64,000 nucleotides of DNA from Flavobacteriales bacterium (GTDB taxonomy: Bacteria; Bacteroidota; Bacteroidia; JANQJC01), in contig JANQJC010000006.1 in NCBI GenBank assembly GCA_028281825.1, positions 10,076 to 74,075 on the forward strand, written 5' to 3'. The notes beneath the pieces are model-generated. The model saw only the letters and a program-made list of their open reading frames with translations, was not told the origin of the DNA and did no database searches. Positions 59,016 through 64,000 of this stretch are shown piece after piece (positions within the stretch are counted from its first letter, which is position 1; every line of letters starts with the position of its first letter). The translations under genes were made by a program, and so were the position numbers.

Positions 59016-59702
59016 ATGAAAAGATTCATTGTATTCGCACTTGTTTTAACCGGCCTGTTTTCTTTGCCTCTCAGCTCATCTGCACAAACGCCACAGTTGA
59101 GTTTATCTGCTGTTGGCTTTCCTGATACAGCCCATGTTAATCAATCCTACGACTTTTCTTTTATACTTACTAATGTAAGCCCTGCTAACACTTTCTCGGG
59201 CGCGGTTCACATTTTGTATACTACAGATACTCTTACTGGAGATACCGCTTCATTTGGCGTAAACCAAACTGGAGGCCTGGCACCTTTTGACACTTTTGCT
59301 ATACACATTACCAATTTTAGCTTTGATCCTAATAACCAACCACAATTCAGCACCGGCGACAATGTTGTTGTGGTGTGGCCTGCAATTGGAGGGGATAATC
59401 TGGGAGGAGACTCAATTATATTACATGTATTCATTCCTGACCCAGCAGGAGTAGATGACAAATCCAAAGTATCCGAAAACCCAATTCGTATCACCAAGCC
59501 GGGAAAAAACCTGCTCGGGGTTTCAATTACGAGCCAAGAAAATATCGTTGAGCAAGTAAGAATTTATAGTCTCTCTGGTCAATTACTATTAGACGAAAAG
59601 GGACAAGAGGTGCTCAACCTATCAGGAATACCAACTGGAGTATATATTATAGAGGTAAGCTCAAATGGCGAAAAGCTTTATCAAAAGTTTTTTAAAAATT
59701 AG
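59016..59702 (+). CDS. Secreted T9SS cargo protein (type A C-terminal sorting domain)
   Basis: Signal peptide. C-terminus IRIYSLSGQLLLDEKGQEVLNLSGIPTGVYIIEVSSNGEKLYQKFFKN. Confidence 0.65.
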   Translation: MKRFIVFALVLTGLFSLPLSSSAQTPQLSLSAVGFPDTAHVNQSYDFSFILTNVSPANTFSGAVHILYTTDTLTGDTASFGVNQTGGLAPFDTFAIHITNFSFDPNNQPQFSTGDNVVVVWPAIGGDNLGGDSIILHVFIPDPAGVDDKSKVSENPIRITKPGKNLLGVSITSQENIVEQVRIYSLSGQLLLDEKGQEVLNLSGIPTGVYIIEVSSNGEKLYQKFFKN

Positions 59703-59761
59703 CTCCCTAGCCCTTCTTACTTGCTGCACCACCTATAGATTTTGGTAACTTTGCAGGCAAT

Positions 59762-61714
59762 ATGTCAACTTTGGTAAAGACACCTCTTTATTGTAACAGC
59801 CTTACGGAATACTCCCGATATACAACAAGGGAAGTGATGATAGGCAATGTAGGCATTGGTGGCAAGAACCCCATTAGGGTGCAATCAATGACCACTACTG
59901 ACACAATGGACACAGCAGCTACCGTGGCTCAAAGTATCAGGATGATTGAAGCAGGCTGTGAACTGGTGCGTATTACTGCTCCAAGCCTTAATGAAGCCAA
60001 GAATCTTGAACTAATCAAAAAAGAATTAAGGGCCAAAGGTTATGATACCCCTCTGGTTGCTGATATACATTTCACACCTAATGCAGCTGAATTGGCCGCA
60101 CGGGTGGTTGAAAAAGTAAGGGTAAATCCAGGAAACTATGCCGACAAGAAAAAATTTCAGGTAATTGAATACAACGATGGCACCTATAACGCTGAGCTAG
60201 AGCGCATTCGTGAACGTTTTACTCCTCTAGTGAAGATTTGCAAAGATTATGGCACTGCTATGCGCATTGGAACCAACCATGGCTCACTATCAGACAGGAT
60301 AATGAGCCGCTATGGTGATACACCACTAGGCATGGTGGAGTCAGCTTTGGAGTTTTTACGCATTTGCGAAGACAACAACTACCATGAAATAGTACTGAGC
60401 ATGAAGGCCAGTAACCCGCTAGTAATGGTGGAAGCCTACCGATTATTGGTAGCGAAAATGAAAGAGGAAGAAATGAACTACCCCCTTCACTTAGGTGTTA
60501 CAGAAGCTGGAGAGGGTGAGGATGGGCGCATCAAATCCGCAGTGGGTATAGGAACCCTCCTCGAAGATGGGTTAGGCGATACTGTAAGGGTTTCTTTGAC
60601 TGAAGAGCCTGAATTTGAAATACCTGTCGCCAAAGCCTTGGTGGATAGGTATAACCAGAGGGCAGAACTACAAAAACCAATAGAGCCCATAAACAATAAT
60701 CCCCTGGATGCATTTGAATACAAAAAGAGAGAGAGTTATGAGATAATTAACATCGGGTACGAGAATCCACCAAGGATTATTATGGATTTGAGCAAGCGTA
60801 AAGAAATCACTCCAGCGAGCCTTTATGGCGTCGGATATCGCTACTCAGTGGATTTAGATAAATGGAACCTGAGTGATTTGGCTTGTGACTTTATATATGC
60901 AGGAAATCAAAAGGTAGGATTTGAACTCCCCGGCACTTTAGGGGTAATATACGACCACGATGCGTGGTTGCAATACCAGCATCATCAAAGGGTGTATCCT
61001 TTGCTATCGGCTGAGCAATATATGAGAGATGTACAGCGCTCTATGCAACTGAATTTTATCAAAGCAGATTGGGCCGAATCACAAAAACTTGACCTCCATA
61101 AGCTTAGCGAAGATAGTACCGCTGTTCTAATTCTTGAAACGGATAACGAACACGCCATGCCTGAGCTGAGAAGGGCTGTAATTAGGCTAATGAATGCAGG
61201 TGTGAACACACCGGTTATACTCAAACGTGATTATAAAGGCCTGACAGAAGACCAACTAAGACTATATGCTGCTACTGATTTTGGTGGCTTATTAGTAGAT
61301 GGTTTAGGCGATGGCGTTTGGCTTGCTACCGATGATTTAGGTTTGCAAATAGCTAACAATACCGCCTTTGGTATACTACAAGCCACCCGCACCAGGATAT
61401 CCAAAACCGAGTATATCTCTTGCCCTTCATGTGGAAGAACGCTATTTGATTTACAGGATACTACAGCCATGATACGCAGTAAAACAAGCCACCTAAAAGG
61501 GGTTAAAATTGGCATCATGGGATGTATAGTAAACGGCCCCGGTGAAATGGCTGACGCCGACTATGGTTATGTTGGCACGGGCGTTGGCAAAATAACCCTA
61601 TATAAAGGCCGCGAAGTTGTAAAACGCAATGTAGCCTCAGAGAATGCCCTTAATGAACTGATTGAACTCATTAAAGACCACGGTGATTGGGTGGAGCCAA
61701 GTGTAAATATATAA
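59762..61714 (+). CDS. ispG: 4-hydroxy-3-methylbut-2-enyl diphosphate synthase (long form with insert domain)
   Basis: N-terminal IGNVGIGGKNPIRVQSMTTTDTMDT...GCELVRIT. C-terminal Fe-S ISCPSCGRT...GCIVNGPGE. 650 aa. Confidence 0.9.
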   Translation: MSTLVKTPLYCNSLTEYSRYTTREVMIGNVGIGGKNPIRVQSMTTTDTMDTAATVAQSIRMIEAGCELVRITAPSLNEAKNLELIKKELRAKGYDTPLVADIHFTPNAAELAARVVEKVRVNPGNYADKKKFQVIEYNDGTYNAELERIRERFTPLVKICKDYGTAMRIGTNHGSLSDRIMSRYGDTPLGMVESALEFLRICEDNNYHEIVLSMKASNPLVMVEAYRLLVAKMKEEEMNYPLHLGVTEAGEGEDGRIKSAVGIGTLLEDGLGDTVRVSLTEEPEFEIPVAKALVDRYNQRAELQKPIEPINNNPLDAFEYKKRESYEIINIGYENPPRIIMDLSKRKEITPASLYGVGYRYSVDLDKWNLSDLACDFIYAGNQKVGFELPGTLGVIYDHDAWLQYQHHQRVYPLLSAEQYMRDVQRSMQLNFIKADWAESQKLDLHKLSEDSTAVLILETDNEHAMPELRRAVIRLMNAGVNTPVILKRDYKGLTEDQLRLYAATDFGGLLVDGLGDGVWLATDDLGLQIANNTAFGILQATRTRISKTEYISCPSCGRTLFDLQDTTAMIRSKTSHLKGVKIGIMGCIVNGPGEMADADYGYVGTGVGKITLYKGREVVKRNVASENALNELIELIKDHGDWVEPSVNI

Positions 61715-61720
61715 GCACAA

Positions 61721-61750
61721 AAAAGCGGTTCAATCTATGAACCGCTTCTA
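61721..61750. terminator. Bidirectional terminator hairpin
   Basis: AAAAGCGGTTCAATCTATGAACCGCTTCT lies between convergent ispG and a minus-strand gene. T-run present on the minus-strand reading. Confidence 0.65.
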
Positions 61751-61772
61751 TCTCTTAATAAAACTAACTCAT

Positions 61773-62111
61773 TTAATTTTTATCGTTCTCTTCTTCTTTA
61801 ACGCCAGCTTCTTTCTTCATTCTGGCTAATTCTTTACGCGCCTCAGTAAGGTCTACATTAGGATTATTCTCATTAGCCTTAATCTTGGCTTCCATGTGCT
61901 CAATTTTCTTCAGTTGCTCAGCCTTTTGTTTTTCAGCGACCATTTCGCTTTTCTCTTCAGCAGTTACAGGCTTAGCTTGCGCATTTTCCTTTGGTGAAAC
62001 AGCCTCTTTTTCGGTTCCTTCCTGGTTAGTGAAAGTGCTCTGTGCATTGGCTAAACTTGCTGTGCAAACAATAGCCATTGAAGCTGCTAGAATAGTTAGT
62101 GTCTTTTTCAT
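61773..62111 (-). CDS. Hypothetical secreted/periplasmic K/E-rich helical protein
   Basis: Signal peptide MKKTLTILAASMAIVCTASLANAQ followed by a charged helical region. Confidence 0.4.
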   Translation of the reverse strand: MKKTLTILAASMAIVCTASLANAQSTFTNQEGTEKEAVSPKENAQAKPVTAEEKSEMVAEKQKAEQLKKIEHMEAKIKANENNPNVDLTEARKELARMKKEAGVKEEENDKN

Positions 62112-62223
62112 ATTAGTTGATCGATTAGGTTACTTGTACTTTTAACAATAGCCAAAATAAGAAATTTAATTTATAAACGCCAAACCATGTGTCATTTAAT
62201 CCCCTTGCTTCATATAATCCACA

Positions 62224-62257
62224 AAAAAGCGGGGCTGCAAATTGCAGCCCCGCTTTA
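62224..62257 (-). terminator. Rho-independent terminator for the upstream minus-strand T9SS gene
   Basis: AAAAAAGCGGGGCTGCAAATTGCAGCCCCGCTTT. On the minus strand the hairpin is followed by TTTTTT. Confidence 0.8.
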
Positions 62258-62278
62258 TGAATCAAGCCTATCCGGTTA

Positions 62279-64000
62279 TTACCTCACTACAACTTTAGTA
62301 TTTAACATACCTTTCTCAGTCAACACTTGTAACATATAGTTGCCTGCTGCAAGATTGCTTACATCAATAGTGTTTCTATATGTACCATTAAAGTAATTTC
62401 TAGCATCAGTAAATACCACCTGACCAACTGCATTGGTTATCCTAACTTCTAATCCATTAGCATCTTCAGTTTCAAAACTAACGTTAAGCATTCCTTCAGT
62501 TGGATTAGGATAAACTTCTAAGTTATTCAATTGAGCAAGCTCGCCTGTACCTACGGCAAAGTCGATAAACACTGTATAGTCTTCGGTCTCACCATAAACG
62601 AAGCTAGTTCCGCAAGGGTCAACGTTAGAGGTAACATCCTCTTGCGAAGTGAGACGAATGGCAGTATTGCCAGTACTAGCATTGGCAGGAACAGTAAAGC
62701 TTATAGTACAAGAACCACTGGAGGAATTGCACTCTCCTAGCAATTCATTGGCCTCAAAAGCACCATTGTTGTTGTAATCAATCCAAGCGGCAAAAGTCTC
62801 AAAATCACTGCCTGAGCCATGAAAAGTAAGGTTGTAAGTTCCTCCACGGTTTAGTGTCTCAATGGCAGAACCTGTATTGTCGGTATAAGCAACAAATTGA
62901 GTAAACCCATTAGTTGTGCTGTAATTACCTAAATCAAAACCATCTAGATGGTCATCAACATCTGGGCCGACCAGAAACTGAGGAGCACAACCTGTTGCAG
63001 AAACATTGACCAGGTATGCTGCTGTGTCCAAACAACCTGGATTTACACCGGCCACCATACCAACAATATATGTACCTGGGGTGCCATTATAGGTATTTGA
63101 CGGGCTTTGCGCAATTGAAGTGTTACCATCCCCAAAGTCCCAGAACCAAGTGTTAGGTGTAGGAGCTGATAAATCAGCAAAGTTGACCATCATTGCACTT
63201 TGAGAGAATGAGAAATCAGCCACAGGAGCTGAAACTGAAACTACACTTGCAGAAGTTGAGTCAGAACAAAGGTTGGCATCAGTAACGGTAACCATTGCCG
63301 TAGTTCCTCCAGCCACACCTGGCAAAGCTTGAGTGGTAGCATTAGTATGCCACACATAGCTATATGGCGCTACTCCACCACTGCCACCTGCAGTCAAGGT
63401 TGTTGTTTCACCTGCACAAACAGAAATTGGGGAAGATGGGGAAATACTCGCCGTTGGAGTGCCTAAACTAAGGCTTACCCAATAGTTATTGTTAATACCT
63501 CCACATGGATGGCCTTCAAAGCCAACAGGGCCAACAAGAGCTAAATATGTTCCTGCATTTAAGCTGGTTGAAATAGTGGCTGTTTGGCAAGCACCCGCTT
63601 GTTCAAAGCCGAAGCCAACTGTATCACCACAGAAGCCTAGTATAACCAAATTCATCGCGAAGTCTCCAGAAGCACTCAACGTAACATTTGTTGCTGAGTT
63701 TACAGTAAACTCATACCAATCTAAATCTCTGGAGCCAGCATTGGCGAATATATTACCAACTACCGTCTCACCACATGATAGTGAGCCAAGGGCTAATGGA
63801 TTTGAGCCGCTACAACCATCATTGATTGAGTCACCACAAAGCTCTCCTTCAAGAGTCCCTGGAGGCATCACTGATGGGCCACATGGGCATAGCACCTGAA
63901 ATGTTTGCTGAGATGAAACGAAACCTTCGGCATCGGCTAAAATGTAAATTGATTGCCCAGCTATTAAAGGTATAGTTCCATAAATACCTTCACCAACCAC
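62279..64000 (-). CDS. T9SS cargo protein with type A C-terminal sorting domain (5' end beyond window)
   Basis: C-terminus ...LEVYPNPTEGMLNVSFET...GNYMLQVLTEKGMLNTKVVVR. ORF runs to the window edge. Confidence 0.7.
   Translation of the reverse strand: MVGEGIYGTIPLIAGQSIYILADAEGFVSSQQTFQVLCPCGPSVMPPGTLEGELCGDSINDGCSGSNPLALGSLSCGETVVGNIFANAGSRDLDWYEFTVNSATNVTLSASGDFAMNLVILGFCGDTVGFGFEQAGACQTATISTSLNAGTYLALVGPVGFEGHPCGGINNNYWVSLSLGTPTASISPSSPISVCAGETTTLTAGGSGGVAPYSYVWHTNATTQALPGVAGGTTAMVTVTDANLCSDSTSASVVSVSAPVADFSFSQSAMMVNFADLSAPTPNTWFWDFGDGNTSIAQSPSNTYNGTPGTYIVGMVAGVNPGCLDTAAYLVNVSATGCAPQFLVGPDVDDHLDGFDLGNYSTTNGFTQFVAYTDNTGSAIETLNRGGTYNLTFHGSGSDFETFAAWIDYNNNGAFEANELLGECNSSSGSCTISFTVPANASTGNTAIRLTSQEDVTSNVDPCGTSFVYGETEDYTVFIDFAVGTGELAQLNNLEVYPNPTEGMLNVSFETEDANGLEVRITNAVGQVVFTDARNYFNGTYRNTIDVSNLAAGNYMLQVLTEKGMLNTKVVVR

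Noticed and set aside
1-64000. Search for CRISPR arrays, integrases, transposases and known defence cassettes.
   Set aside because: No regularly spaced direct repeats were seen, and no recombinase, nuclease or ATPase signatures typical of defence islands. The only insertion-like region (45831-47385) lacks mobility genes.

Overview
This 64 kb window looks like a chromosomal segment from a Bacteroidota genome, possibly Cytophagia- or Sphingobacteriia-like. Evidence is GC near 40%, five T9SS C-terminal sorting-domain cargo proteins, a long-form IspG and a K/E-rich IF-2 N-terminus. About 60 genes are dense on both strands. Most are housekeeping: NifU-like protein, the rimP-nusA-infB operon, a ctaB-coxIII-coxIV cluster, metF, ribE, an MqnC/MqnE radical SAM enzyme, pepA, and the pdxA-yceD-rpmF-fabH-accB-accC array, ispG and a tRNA(CAT). 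I found no CRISPR array, integrase, transposase or recognisable phage-defence cassette. The most coherent candidate system is a tightly coupled, probably light-responsive operon (9335-14358). It starts with a MerR regulator carrying a cobalamin-binding domain (LitR/CarH-like). It is followed by an ECF sigma factor, a photolyase/cryptochrome, an SRPBCC protein, a T9SS-secreted protein and an outer-membrane beta-barrel. Its promoter region holds four perfect copies of the palindrome GTTTAAAC. Other points of interest: a three-gene insertion that breaks the conserved rpmF-fabH junction, and a terminator-like leader hairpin directly before rimP. There is also an intragenic tandem duplication of a PAS module in a 1455-aa hybrid histidine kinase, and an orphan, apparently truncated SBP-family-5 lipoprotein. 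Further on lie a cluster of stress-type membrane proteins and a small-protein cluster containing a 51-aa DUF1328-like ORF missing from the ORF track. All functional calls rest on motif recognition by eye. No database searches were run.
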